64,000 bases of DNA. Source: Intoshia linei (lineage: Eukaryota; Animalia; Orthonectida). The position numbers were made by a program, and so were the translations under genes. The DNA lies in contig LWCA01000055.1 in the NCBI GenBank assembly GCA_001642005.1, forward strand, positions 1-64,000, written 5' to 3'. The notes under the pieces are model-generated. The model saw only the letters and a list, made by a program, of their open reading frames with translations, did not search any database and had not been told where the DNA came from. Below, in pieces: positions 1 to 13,398 of the stretch (position 1 is the stretch's first letter; each line of letters opens with the position of its first letter).

Positions 1-76
1 AATCAAATAAACTTTTTAATTTTGTTAAAAAAACGACATTACTTATGAAACGACATAATACATTTGTATGTAATCA

Positions 77-476
77 CATTGAAAATGACAAAATAGGTTT
101 TTATAATTTTATTTTTTTTGGAATTTATTCTATGACAATTTTTAGGATTGGACTGTTTTTAATTTATTTTTAATGTTATACACACATTTTGTCTTATAAA
201 TTAAAAAAATGGGATAATTGTTTTTAAAATTATTTACGAAAATGTTAAAAAACAAAAAATTAAGATAAAAAAATTTACTTTAAAGTAAAAAGTAATGTGA
301 TAGGATGGTTCTACCATAAACAAGTTTGGGAACCACTCTTTTAAATGATTGATAGTAGTGAATAGTAGGATTTTTGAGTTAGATTTTCAACGTGAATTTA
401 TTTTTTCAGTATAGTAAAAATGTGACCTCGGCAGAGCTAGGTCCCGTTTGTACGTAGTACATAACAGTCAACCTAG
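77..476 (+). mobile_element. 3' part of non-autonomous Helitron (family also at 2815, 35536, 48157, 60413)
   Basis: Ends in an imperfect hairpin (GTTTGTAC-GTA-GTACATAAC) followed by CTAG|T at 473-477; reverse complement of 2815-3345 and near-identical to 49185-49586. Confidence 0.8.
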
Positions 477-499
477 TTCATAATATATTAATATTAAAA

Positions 500-914
500 T
501 TAATATAATATGAAAAAAACATTGATAAGTATTTTGATGATTACATTTAATTGGGTTTGGCGTTTTTTGAAGTATTGTACCATCATTCTTTTCTAAAAAT
601 ATATTTAATATAAATTAAATTGCGTTTTATAAACAAAAAATTACAACTTCATTCAAATCGTCTTTATCATCGTCTTCAAGAAGATCAAGCAAATTGTCCT
701 GCTTTTCGAGAATATTTGCATGAGTGTATAATGCATTATTACTAATCTGTTTTTTTTGAAGGCGAGATTTAATAGTCTGAATTGTTAATTAAAATGTTTT
801 CAAAATTTTTAAATACAAATACAATATTTATATTTTAGAAAATATAAAACATACAGATCTGGCAGACACAGCGTAAATGATGAAAAATAGAAAAAAGATA
901 AATATTCCTTTCAT
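500..914 (-). CDS. Small secreted precursor, gene A (exons 914-855, 776-645, 592-500?)
   Basis: Exon 1 = MKGIFIFFLFFIIYAVSARS (signal peptide) then GTATGT donor. Exon 2 = TIKSRLQKKQISNNALYTHANILEKQDNLLDLLEDDDKDDLNEV (acidic). Exon 3 begins KRMMVQYFKKRQ. TATATAAG lies ~50 bp upstream. 3' end is uncertain and may splice beyond the adjacent Helitron. Confidence 0.65.
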
Positions 915-1681
915 TTTGACAAACAAGAATTGACTGAATATTACAAGAAAATTTTTTTCTTATATACAGGAATTTAATAGTAATGTTAACTGGACCGTTA
1001 CTTTGTATTTATAATTTTACATATTTATTGAATTCATAGTTTTTTGACTTTAAATTTTACAGTGAAAATGCCCAGTTTGATAAGTCTGTTAATAATATTA
1101 ATAAGTTTACTTTTGTTTATAATGTGTATGATTCTAACATGTTATTGTTTTTATTAACTACATAATATATCGACTTTTCAACTATTCAACTGAATTATTA
1201 TTATTTTAATTATATATCTCATCTAGCATATATGTGTATATATGAGTATAGCATAAATGAAAAAATATTAATTTTTGAAATTTGATAAATGTGAAGAAAT
1301 TATTTTAGAGTGGTTATAATTTTAAAGGTAAAACTTTCCAATTTTATTAATAATGAATGAGATTTGTGATGCAATAATAAATAATTGTTTATAAGTCCAT
1401 TGACGTCTATTCTCGAGAGCATTGATTCTTAACATTTTTTATGATGTGGACTACATTACATGAATAAAAATATGTGGAACACTTTTAATTTGATATTTAA
1501 AAAATAATTACTTAAGATAAAGTCAAATAAATTAAGTTTAATAGAATAATATTTATACAATCATCTAATCATATAATAATTGATAATAATCAGAAACATA
1601 TTGGCTGATAATATACTGATAGTATTAAAAGTTATTTTTTACTGAGAAAGCGTGGATTTCTGAGGTTGAAATTTTTTTAAC

Positions 1682-1754
1682 TATAGTATAACCTTTGTTA
1701 TTCGCCCAAAGTCGAGGTTTGAAATATCGGGCGAATAAAGGAGGTTATACTGTA
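1682..1754. mobile_element. Palindromic mini-MITE with pogo/Tigger-like ends
   Basis: TATAGTATAACCTTTGTTATTCGCCC...GGGCGAATAAAGGAGGTTATACTGTA inverted repeat with TA ends; related end motifs at ~2013 and ~2082-2124. Confidence 0.55.
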
Positions 1755-2480
1755 CTTTATTTCAAGTTATTTAAAGTCTATTTTTGACATATTACTAGTT
1801 TCTATGACAAAAAAATTAAAATGAAATTATATTAATAACCAATTATAATCAAAGTTGGTTATTTTAGTTATTGAATTAACGTAATAATACAGGATATATG
1901 AGTATGATTAAATATAATCATATGGTTATGTTATAGCTACATATGTTAGTTGGTGGTTATATAAAATGGTTTAAAAATTTATTATGAAAAACATGAAAAA
2001 CATGAATAATTTTGGGCGAATAACGGAATCGAACGAATTATAGAATTTTACTAGACTAGTACTATATAAACATAAATTAACCGGGCGAATAACGGAATGA
2101 CCTAATGACATAGTTTTTACTGTATATCAGCTGGAATGAGCTGTATCAAAATAATTGTTTTATAATTGTGGGACCGTTAATTATTTCAAATTTTTTTTTT
2201 AATAAAATCGTTTCGAAATAAAAAAATGAAGTGCTATTTTGGCCACGAAGGAGTCTTTTTTTAGATTGAAATTTTTTGAGTGTATAAACTGTATTTTTTT
2301 TAATTCTAGTAAAAAACATTATTTCGTATATTTTAAAATTTAAATTATGATTAAATTTTAGGTTAACTATATTTATAGCTATTAATAAGTTTCTCATGAT
2401 AAATATATGATAGCTCATGAATCCTTACTTATATATATTTGAAGTACATAAACTCATTTTTTATTTTACTTTTTATATAT

Positions 2481-4944
2481 AGGTCTACATAAAAGTCTAC
2501 ATACACCCAACTTTTTGATGATGCAATTTTAATACAGATTAAATTAAAAATTTTTTATAAATCACAGAAAAAATGATATTAGGAACAATAATATTGTTGC
2601 AAAAGTCTACTTAAACGTTCTAATATTTAATATGACACCCTTTAGCTTTAAATAAATCGCTAATTCTGTATTTATATCCATTTATAAGAGCATACATGAT
2701 ATTTTTGGACATTTACCCTATCATTCCTGGCAGTAAATGTCTAATTATTCATATTTTCAGGTTTCCTCGCATCACCGTTTTTATTAGTAAAACAGTTATT
2801 AAAAATATGTCTTACTAGGTTGACTGTAATGTACTACGTACAAACAGCACCTAGCTCTGCCGAGGGCACATTTTTATTATACCAAAAAAATAAATTAATG
2901 TTGAAAATCTAACTTAAAAATCCTATTATTCACTATTATCAATCCTTTAAAGGATTGAAAATCTAACTTAAAAATCCTACTATTCACTATTATCAATTCT
3001 TTAAAGGAAAAAATAAATTCACGTTGAAAATCTAATTTAAAAATCCTACTATTCACTATTATCAATCCTTTAAAGGAGTGGTTCCCAAATTTATTTCAGG
3101 TGGAACCATCATATCACATTATTTTTTACTATAAAGTAAATTATTCCATCTTAATTTATTTTGTTAACATTTACGTAAAGAATTTTAAAAACAATTGTTA
3201 TCCTATTTTTTTAATTTATTAGACAGAATGTGTGTATAATATTAAAAATAAAGTAAAACAGTCCAATCCTAAAAATTATCATAAATAACATAAATTCCAG
3301 AAAAAATAAAATTATAAAAACTTATTTTGTCATTTACAATGTGATGAATCATTGAGACGTTTCATCTTTACCTTTATGGTCTGTTTGCTTCTGAATGTCC
3401 GTTTTCTTTTTGCCATTTTATGTTAAATTTGAAACAATTATCAATAAAAAAATAACACGTTTAATAAAATATTTTGGAAAAAAAATATATAAATACTAAA
3501 ATGCTTGTTTGACCGTGAACTTGTCACTTATTCGGATTGAAATTTTTTGTGTGTATTAACAGGATACAACGGTACCATCTGTAAATTCAGTAAATTATAG
3601 GGCTGTTTTTATTAAAAAAAGAAGGGTAATTTTGGGTTTTGGCTCTGAAGATATAATTTTTTTAAATTTATGATAATGTTTATAATTATAAAATGTGTAT
3701 TAGCGTATATATTTTTTTAAATTTTCCAACTCGTTTGATTTTTAAAAAGAGGGACAATTGGAGTTTTTGACTGGTAAGATGTGAGTTTGGGAGGTTGACA
3801 TTTATCTTATTATACGTCTTGGAACAAACTGTAATTGATATGTGGACTTTAAAAAATTCTAACACTGGTAGTTATTTCAATAAAGTGGAACACACACACA
3901 CAAACAAAAATCGCGTAGCATATTTTATAAGTTAGGATTTTATTTATTTTTTTTATTTTTTAATTTATTTTTTTTAGTAGACATTTTCGATTTGATTTAG
4001 ATCAAGTGATTGGGAGTTCCATTCTAATACCTTGATTTTTTTGGAGCAAAGCAACATTTATGTTTTGTTCAATGTAATGTTTGCAATTGTCTTGTTGTAG
4101 TACAAAATTTTTCTCTAATTGAAGACTTTTTAATATACATTATACTATTTGACAAGTGATCCAACTCCCTTTATACCGAAACATCTCCAATAAACCAGAC
4201 TTCTACGGTATAGTTAACGGTGGGGTTCATATTTTTTTGTTCCAACCCCTCATTTGACCTACTCCACTGTTGAGTCTACACAAATCGTTTCTTATTATGT
4301 CCAGATAATTTAATTTTTGTTTTATCTGTCAAAATAACACCAAACCATTAAGAATTGGGCATATTTATATATTTTAAGGAAAAAAGGTATCGATTTTTTA
4401 TTCTTTTCACGGAAAAATGGTTGTCATATTGCTGCGAATGCTCTCAACCATCGTGCCTTATTTTTTCAAGATTTATAAAAGAATCTTTAATAATAGACCT
4501 CATTATCAAGGACATTAATCTATCATTTATTTTAATTGGCTTACCTGATCTTGGTTTATTTTTTAACAGAGTAAGATTTTTCCCATCTTTATATTATTAA
4601 TACTACACTAGGTATCGGCATAATTAAATTTTTGGAGATATTTCCATATGATAATCTTTTAAGGTATAATTCCACAACTCTAATCTTCAAATCATCCGAG
4701 TATTGGCGATATGGTAATTTTGACAAAATATATATAGCTAAATACATAATGTTAACTATTAAATAATTGTATCGATTAAATGTCTTGAAATATAGCGTTA
4801 ATCGAAAAAACTGAAGGGGATTTAATTTTCAATTTTTTTACATTTTTAGTAAATGGTTACATATTTTTATAGTAATAAAAAAATAATTATCATACTTGCT
4901 TCATCAAAAATTGGGGTGTATGTAGACTTTTGCAATGCACTGTA
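2481..4944 (-). mobile_element. Degenerate Tc1 (DD34E-type) transposon; transposase pseudogene ~4720-3980, interrupted by a Helitron
   Basis: TIR TACAGTGCATTGCAAAAGTCTACATACACCCC at 4944-4913 matches 2491-2520. Minus strand reads YSDDLKIRVVELY..KNKPRSGKP (HTH), FVLQQDNCKH and IKVLEWNSQSLDLNQIENV (Tc1 WPSQSPDLNPIEN motif), with stops and frameshifts. Confidence 0.85.
2815..3937 (-). mobile_element. Full-length non-autonomous Helitron nested in Tc1
   Basis: Minus strand: A|TC 5' end, TG microsatellite near the 5' end, 3' hairpin then CTAG|T, no TSD. Three internal tandem copies of a ~54 bp unit at 2900-3077. Confidence 0.85.
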
Positions 4945-6350
4945 TAATTAAAATAATTTAAATTATAATTTAAAATCAATTTTCTATTTATTAATAATGT
5001 GACCAAGCCGTAGAGATAAAACAATAAGAGATTAGCCCGATCAGATGAAAATGATAGGTCCTTACTGATTTAAAACATTTTTTGGTTACTCTATATCAGT
5101 GATGGCAGCCAACTAAAACTAGGTGTGTTAAATTTAATACTATTTTCAGAAATTTTTTTCTAGTGTTTTTATTAAAAAAATATTAGGTTAATCCAAAACG
5201 TCAATTAAGTCGAACAAATTAATGATGGAAAATGAGTTAAAAAATAATTTTTACATTTATTTGGATTTAAAAAATTGATTCTAACATGAATTTTTTCAAT
5301 TTAGGGAAATATTTGTAATCTTTATTTTCTTTTTTTATTTTTCTTTAATATCACGATAAAATATTGATAGTTTTCAGTCAAATGCCTTAATAATACTAAA
5401 CATTGCACATAGCACATAATGTTGAAAAAAAATTACAATTATAATAATTATTCAAAGTATGAGTCAATACAAAAATAAAAAATATTAATAATATAATAAA
5501 ATAATCAATTTAGTGCATCGCCCAAAAGTTAAACCTTTTCCCAACAAAGCTCTTTAAAACCCTTCATGTTGGTTAAATTATTAAAATATTTTTTTATGGA
5601 TATAAATTATTTTATTTACAAGGCTCTCCAAGATAATTATCAAATTAAATCATTCGGTCGCTTGCTTTTTTGTAATTTTCACTCCAAAAACTGCGTTTTA
5701 ACGTATCTGAATTTCATTATTGCAAATAAACACACAAAGTGCATTGGTATAAACTGTTAGTATCAACATTTTAATATGTACATTGTATTTGATTGACACA
5801 TACATAAATTACTCTGTAATACATGTACATGTATTTAAGGTTAACACTTATGCAAGGTTAAAATTGAAAAAGGTTGTGTTTGTGTCATATGTTATTATTT
5901 TACACATTTTATAGCTATTGACAAAAGGATTAATAATCATAATAATTATTAATAATAATTTATCAGTGACACAATAGGAATATGTAAGAAATAAAATATT
6001 AAATCACAGTAATTAAAGATAGTAAGTAAAATATTATAGAATTAGAACTATACCAAAGTAACTTATTAGAAAATCACATATAAAACCGACAAATTGACTG
6101 TATTATTTAAATAATTTACAAACATGTTGTTTTAAAATAAATTTTATTATTTACAAGATTAATTCTTATATCTATTGTTAAACATAAAATATTTAAGATT
6201 ATCTAATATCAAAACATGTACCATTTAACAAAAAACCTACCGAACCAATTATTTTCTTAATTAAATTTTATAGATAAATTGACTCTATTGTAAATAGGTG
6301 TATATATAACGGGGAAAAGTATATAAAATTCATTATTCTTTAATTTAAAT

Positions 6351-9300
6351 ATGAAAAATTTATATTTGATTGTCTTGTTTTTCGCAATCATCTCTGTGTC
6401 TACCACAAAAGTAATTTTATTTATAAATTTATAAAAAATTCATCACGTTTAATTTAAACTAGCATATTTACACAAATGGAGGTGCACTAAAAAGATTGGT
6501 ATTTAATTGTCGTATTTATATTAGGATGACCAATATATACCAATATACATATGTATGTACGTCGTTTGAGATAAAATCTAATCATTGTTATGTATTAATG
6601 ATTAATAATAATTCCAAAATTATTTCGTAATTATATCATCGGTACACAACCAATATCAGTGGGTCATTCCAGTTATACATTACAGCATATTGATATTCAA
6701 GTTATACATGTATATTCAGAATTAACGCACTACAGAACTGGCGAAATGTAGTGAAAATATCGTTTTCAGTGTTAAAAAAATAGAATTATTAATTTTTGTA
6801 GTGTATATCACTATAAAGTAATTAATAGTGGCTTCACTGTATTAATATATCTCTAAAATACATAGATTACATGTATTAATGTATATTATTTTATATAGCG
6901 TCGTAGTATTCATCTTAGTAGTAAACGTTATGTCGAAAATGGGTTGCATGAAGCAGTTGATAATACAAACAATGATGACCATGACCATCATGATAATGAA
7001 GTAAAAATAAAATTAAGAGGTATATTCGATTCTATTGGTAAATCAGTGAAAAGTGGATTGAGTAAGGCCGGAAATGCCATAAAAAAGGGATCAAAAAAAG
7101 TATTTAACAACGTGAAGAATGATGTCAAAAAGGCCGGAAATAAAATACAAAAAACGTTCAAAAATGTGAAGAATGGAGTGCATAAGGCCGGAAATGCCAT
7201 AAAAAAGGGATCAAAAAAAGTATTTAACAACATGAAGAATGATGTCAAAAAGGCCGGAAATAAAATACAAAAAACGTTCAAAAATGTGAAAAATGGAGTT
7301 CATAAGGCCGGAAATGCCATAAAAAAGGGATCAAAAAAAGTATTTAAGAACGCTAAAAATTTCGTGAATAATGCCGGAAATACCGTGAAGAATATGATAA
7401 ATAATGCTGGAAAAATTGGAAAAAAAAACAAAAATTCAAAGTTGAAATTTAAGAAATTTAAGACGATTACTAGTCCTATGAATCGCAAAATTATTACAAG
7501 TAAATTATGTTATATTATTTATCTTATCAAACATTTGTTATTAAATGTTTTAAATTTGATCAATTTATAATTTAGGAACAGCTAAACAATATAAAAGGGA
7601 TGCACTAAATGAAAACATGTGCGATGATGAAAAAACCCATCATCCATATGAAGTATTGGAAGGTTGATTAATTAAAAAATCAAATTTAAATTACGTTTAT
7701 TTAGATATTGATCCACAAGATTATGAGGAGAAAAAAAATGAAATTGCAAACCTTTTTTCACACATTTCAGAAGTGTTTAATGTTGGTTCCTACAAAGTTG
7801 GAGAATTTTTCCAAAATGATGAAGATATATCACGTAATAAAATTTAAATGTAATGATACATGTACATTGTATGTACATTGTACAATGTATATTAATATAA
7901 TTTATGTGATTTTGTCACATTAAAAGTAATTTATATTCACACTGTGCCTTATTTTACAAATGCAAACCGCTGAAATGTGTATACACTAATATTTTAAAAT
8001 ATTTTTTTAACATGTAAATACTTTTTTTTTTAATATTTAAATTAATTTAATTTAATCCAATGTAGCAACATTATAAATAATGAAAATTTGCAAAGTTTTT
8101 ATTTCTAAACGTATTCTAGTCTAGACCAGCGATTCCAAAATGCCGTCCGTCTTTATGCTAGTAATTTCGTTTTAGCGGTCCGTGAGAAATTTTATATTAA
8201 ATACTAATCCGTGGAGAAAAAAGTGTGGGACCCTTAGCCTAGACCAGTGGTTTTCAACCGGGGGGTCGCGAAATTTATCAGGGGGTCGTGAGAATTTGAA
8301 CACAGTATAAAATATAAATAAAACTGAATATGCTTTTTTAATATTTTCATTTATGTGAATTTATTAGATGTTTATAAGGGGGTCGCGAACACAAAAAGGT
8401 TGAAAACCACTGGCCTAGACTATTCGTTAAAATCACAAATTTCAAATTTTTGGTGAATAGACGAGTCTCCATTATATTACTACACTATATTTTTAATCTT
8501 ATTTCTTACTTAATAGTTATGTTTATATTTCTGATAGGACCAGAAGTGGAAGAATTGGTAGAAATAATCATAGACCAATTGGATAATATACGAGAAAGAT
8601 TTGGGCTAAGATTTGAAGAAATGTATCAACGCTTCATGAAATATTACATTTTCAGTAATTTATTCATTAATAACAATTTATTAACTTAATTTATAGTACA
8701 TTTATGTATATGTATTGTTATAAAATTACATTGTATTCTGTTGTATCTATAAAATGAAACAATTGTACAAAAAACGATTACATAATTTGTGAATTCTGTG
8801 TTCCACTAAATTATTATAAATTTTAATTCGATTTACCTCTAAACTCGCCATAAAATAAGTTTACGATTGAAATTTATTTGTAATAATAATTAGTAAAACC
8901 AAAATTAAATCAAATTATGAACCTATGTTGAAATAAAAATTACAATAACTTTCATCTCATTAATCTTAATTAAACGATAAATACTGATTTTACTTATTAT
9001 TATTTTAATTTTACATCTTATGTGTCGTGAATTTAATTTTAAACTATACATATTATATGTATTATCATATAACTTTATTAATATATTAATCAGCAAACTT
9101 TTTAATTTAAAGACATATTTTTTAATTTATTATAGACAATGAGACTAAAATCTTAAAAACAATGCAATTATAGTTAAACCCTATAAAATGATATTATAAT
9201 GCTTATATTTTTTAAAACTATTCCAAAATCTGTTTAATAATATTCCAAGACTTGTTTTATTTAAAAAAAGGGTAATTTTAGGTTTTGACTGAAGGTGTAA

Positions 9301-12300
9301 TTTTCTGAAGCTGAAATTTACGACAATGTTCATTGTTTTAAAACGCGTCAAAGAATTTATTTTTTTTCAAATTGTATGGTTGATTATATGTTTAAAAAAA
9401 GGTAGAATTCGGTTTTTGACCCTGAAGGACTCAACTTGGGAAATGAAACTGATATATAAACATTATGCGTGAAAAACTATATTAAAAATTGGCTTTTGTT
9501 AAATTTTAGATAAAGGTAACACACGGACACACACAGAAATTCAATTTTATATATAAACATTTTTAGTACATATACTTTATGATAAAGTCGTTTTATCATA
9601 ACTAACGTCATATTAAAAACTAAAGTCAGTTTTATTTTTGATTTTTGATCAGACGTGTCAAACTAAATTTGCTTGTCGGGCGAAATCTTTTTTGCATTAT
9701 GGTTATTGCGTTATTATCAATATTTATTTATAAATCAAAAAAATTAATTATAATTAATTTTTAACATGTTTAATTAATTTATATATCAGATTATAAGGAA
9801 TGTAATCCAGTTACAAGAGAGGAAGCAATGGAAGATTACTGTGTACAAGAGGCAATGAGTGAAATTTTTGATATTTTTGATCAAATCAGTAAATTTATAT
9901 TTAAATATGTACTGATACATCTATTGATCAATAGATTCCTTTATCATAACGCCATAAAAAATGACACGTAAGATGTGAGTTTGGGAGGTTGACATTTAGT
10001 TTGCGAACACGCCCGGAAAAAATAAGTTTATTTAAATAAAGTTGAACACACACACACAAAAATCGCGAAGCATATTATATAGGTAAAAGTATATTATTAT
10101 GTATAATATTATACAATGTTGGAAAAGTGACAAAAATGATGGTCCATTAACTAACATTTTTAGAAAAAAATTGTCCGCGAATCAATTATATTGTTGTCCT
10201 ATTTTTTATTTATATAAAATTGATATTGACATTAATAATAATAAACTACTAATATTAAAAAATTAGTTTCAATAAAAATGACTCACTACAACTACAGATA
10301 CAATTTATTTATGTAATAATTACAATTTATTTAGATTTTGATGATAGAGAATGTGATTTGATTGCTTCAACTGATAATTTCCATAGTATTTATTATTATT
10401 ATATATTATTATTATTGTATACATAAATTAAATAGTCAACGATTTTGGACACGCACTTGCAAGTGAATTTTCATGCTTTAGTAATAGTATTGCTGATATC
10501 TCTGACTTCGTTGCTAAATATGATTTGCCAGGTATATTGTTCTATCAATTATAAATAGTCAAATTAATATTTAAAAATTATAATGAGGTAAATTTACGTA
10601 CCATTATTTTATTACTACAAATAAAATTAATTAGACACTAGTTGACGGTTATGTACTACGTAATACTTACAAAAAACCTAGTTCTGCCGAGGGCGGACAT
10701 TTTTATTCTACCAAAAAAATAAATTCAATAAGAAAATCTTACTTAAAAATGTTAAATTCACTATTAGAAAATCTTTAAATGGTGGATCCCAAACATGTAT
10801 CACCAGGACCAGTCATTAAAAATTATAAGTGTTAATATTCATTTAAAGTGAAGTATCCCACTTAATTTTATTGTAACATGTGTAAAGAATTTTAAAAACA
10901 ATTTTTTCATCCCATTTTTTTAATCATTAGAGAGAATGTATCATCTATAAAATAAAATTAAAACAATAAAATCCTAAAAATTGAAAATAACCGGTATTTC
11001 CTTATTTAGTGTATGGTATATTAGGTGTAATTATATAATTATTCAAATATTCAAATTCATACAAAAATCAATTTAAATGTAACTTTATTTAATATATATT
11101 CAGTTTTTATGTTGTTTCTATCGATAATTATGTTGGTAATTCTTTTGATGTGTTTATCGTTCTTTATGAACCATTTTGTTTGTTTAAATTCATTTATAGC
11201 TTATTTATTTTGGTTTTTATAGATGTTTTAATTCCTCTTTAATTAACCCGAAAAACTAAACATAAAATTTATTATGTAATTAAAATGAATGTCATAAAAA
11301 CCAAAATAAATGAGGTAAATTTTTATTTTAAAAAACAAAATGGTTCATAAACATTGACAACCCATTAAAGGAATTACAACCACAACAACACATATATCTT
11401 TGACAGTTTTTAATAAATATAACTTTTATATTATATTTTAATAAAATCTTGTATTCTATTGTATTACAATTATAAATTAATATTTTGAATTTGAATACAA
11501 TAATAATGTATAATAATAAAGATAATAACACACTCTTAAATCGTACTAACCAAAGGAAAAAAGTAAATTAAGTTGTTAATCTTATTTATATATTAAAATA
11601 TTAACATAAGTTATATTTATCAAAAACTATTAAATTTATATGGGTTTCTATGGTTGTAATTCCTTTGGTGGATTGTCCATGTTTTGTGTACCATTTTTTT
11701 TAAATTTATTTCTAGGTCATTTATTTTTGTTTTTACGAAATTCATTTTAAGTATATAATGAACTTTATGTATAGTTTTTGGGGTTAATTATGAGGAATTC
11801 AAATATCATTAAAAACCAAAATAAATGAGCTAGAAATGAATTAAAAAAAAAAAAAATTGTCCACAAAGCATGATAAACACATCAAGGGAATTACCAACAT
11901 AATTATCCATATAAAAAAAATAAAGCTCATTATACATAAAATAAAATTATATTTTAAATTTATCTCAACATTTTTGTATGAATTGCAATAATTACATTTA
12001 AGGGGTAAATATTAACCGATTTCATTTTTTTGGGTGATAAATGCTTAAAATCAAAAAAGGCACCCACATGCAAAATGAGTTTTCTAATAAAAAAAGACAC
12101 ATCAAAAGTGGACACCCTAATGATATATGTTAATGTATATTGTGTATAATGTGCGCCAGCTTTCTGTTTTTTGTATTAATTTTTATATTAATTAATAATC
12201 TAAATTTTTGTATTAATAAATTAACAGACTTAGAAATTTAAAAAAGTATTTATTTCGGGTCAATTTTACCAATTTTGTTATAAATATAAAAATGATAATA

Positions 12301-13072
12301 ATAAAGTTATATGGAAATGTGTAAACTTTTATTGTTATAAAAATGTTATTGCAAATTGGGAACTTTTTTTGTGTTTGCAATTTATGTTAATGTTTATGAT
12401 TTTAAACTTAATCCACAATTTATCTTGAATAAAAATACATTTTTCATTTTTAAAAAAAGGAGTAATTTGGATAATTGGTCAAAACGATATAAGATTTTGT
12501 AAATGACATTGATGATAATGTGGATAATTTTTTAAATCTTTATCAGATTAGGTATTTTTTATAATTTTAGGATGGTTTAAATATAAATAAAAAGGATAGT
12601 TGTGGTTTTTCATCTTGAAGGACTTAATTTCTGAAAATAAAATTTGTGATAAAACATCAGCCTCGAACAACTGTAATTGAAATATGGAATTTTTATAACT
12701 TGACTCCTCTTATTTTCTTAAATAAGCTGGAACAAACAGACCGACAAACCGAGAAATCAATAAATAAACAAATATACATTTTTACATTAACTAAATTACT
12801 AGTTAAAAGTTTTGCAAAATTTTTGAAAACCACAATTACAAATATAAAATGAAACTATTAATATATTTTGTACATTATTGTACATTTTAGATAACAAAGA
12901 AGCCATTATCGTGTTCATGGCCAGTGTTTTGACAAAATCATATATAGTGGGAATGGAACTCCATCAATTCCAAAATCGATTGGAACAATTGGATCAATTA
13001 ATACTAAACAACGAAGATATAAATGGAGGAAATCCATTGCCGCAGCTCATTAGTTTAGATGATAATAATTAA
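6351..13072 (+). CDS. Secreted precursor, gene B: signal peptide, acidic propiece, cationic amphipathic tandem repeats, acidic Cys-containing helical domain (9 exons)
   Basis: Exons 6351-6410, 6899-7499, 7576-7662, 7705-7833, 8538-8654, 9790-9888, 10335-10385, 10436-10531, 12891-13072 join through GT-AG introns into one open frame: MKNLYLIVLFFAIISVSTTK|RRSIHLSSKR...DDHDHHDNEVKIKLR-GIFDSIGKSVKSGLSKAGNAIKKGSKKVF...YKRDALNENMC...DDNN*. TATA-like motifs at 6301-6327. Confidence 0.85.
7064..7346 (+). repeat. Coding tandem repeat, 120 bp (40 aa) x ~2.4
   Basis: Units 7064-7183 and 7184-7303 are nearly identical (KAGNAIKKGSKKVFNNxKNDVKKAGNKIQKTFKNVKNGVH); each unit has 22+18 aa sub-repeats starting KAGN. 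Confidence 0.95.
8245..8412. mobile_element. hAT (Charlie/Buster-like) MITE, 168 bp, in gene B intron
   Basis: TIR CAGTGGTTTTCAACC / GGTTGAAAACCACTG with a perfect 8-bp TSD GCCTAGAC; abuts an older hAT MITE at ~8127-8236. Confidence 0.9.
10638..10990 (-). mobile_element. Helitron 3' fragment
   Basis: CTAGTTGACGGTTATGTACTACGTA...CTGCCGAGGGC, homologous to 2815-3300. Confidence 0.7.
11022..12000. repeat. ~1 kb foldback element; each arm is itself an inverted repeat
   Basis: 11057 TCATACAAAAAT pairs with 11970 ATTTTTGTATGA; GATAATTATGTTGGTAATTC at ~11123 pairs with ~11888-11907; internal inverted repeats at 11130-11390 and 11650-11900. Confidence 0.75.
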
Positions 13073-13398
13073 TGCATACATGTAACTGAAATACAAATAT
13101 ACTAAAACATGAATTATTTAATTAGTTTTTGTTATTCGTAGCGATTTGCTAGTTAATAGAATTATATACATTATGTACTTATTAACACTAAATCACTAAA
13201 AAATGACATTATGTAACAATAAGTACAATTTGTTAATAATAATTTATTATTAATAAATAATTATTATAAGAACTGATGCAACGATTAAACAATAACTATG
13301 AAAAGTTGGTATACTATTTAAATTTATTTTATTTAAAGTATACAATGAACTAATTCCATCTACTACATTAATATATAATGCTTTGAGTAATTTTTAGT

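Noticed and set aside
7064-7346. CRISPR-like repeat array (also 2900-3077)
   Set aside because: The repeats are contiguous tandem units without unique spacers, in eukaryotic DNA with no cas genes.
6988-7488. Hydrophobic Phe-rich minus-strand ORFs (also 18770, 57976, 58975, 59518, 61977, 62295)
   Set aside because: Antisense shadows of Lys/Glu/Asn-rich coding exons.
6944-7570. ORF-track 208-aa protein as a stand-alone gene
   Set aside because: It starts at a TTG inside exon 2 of gene B and its tail reads into the intron at 7500.
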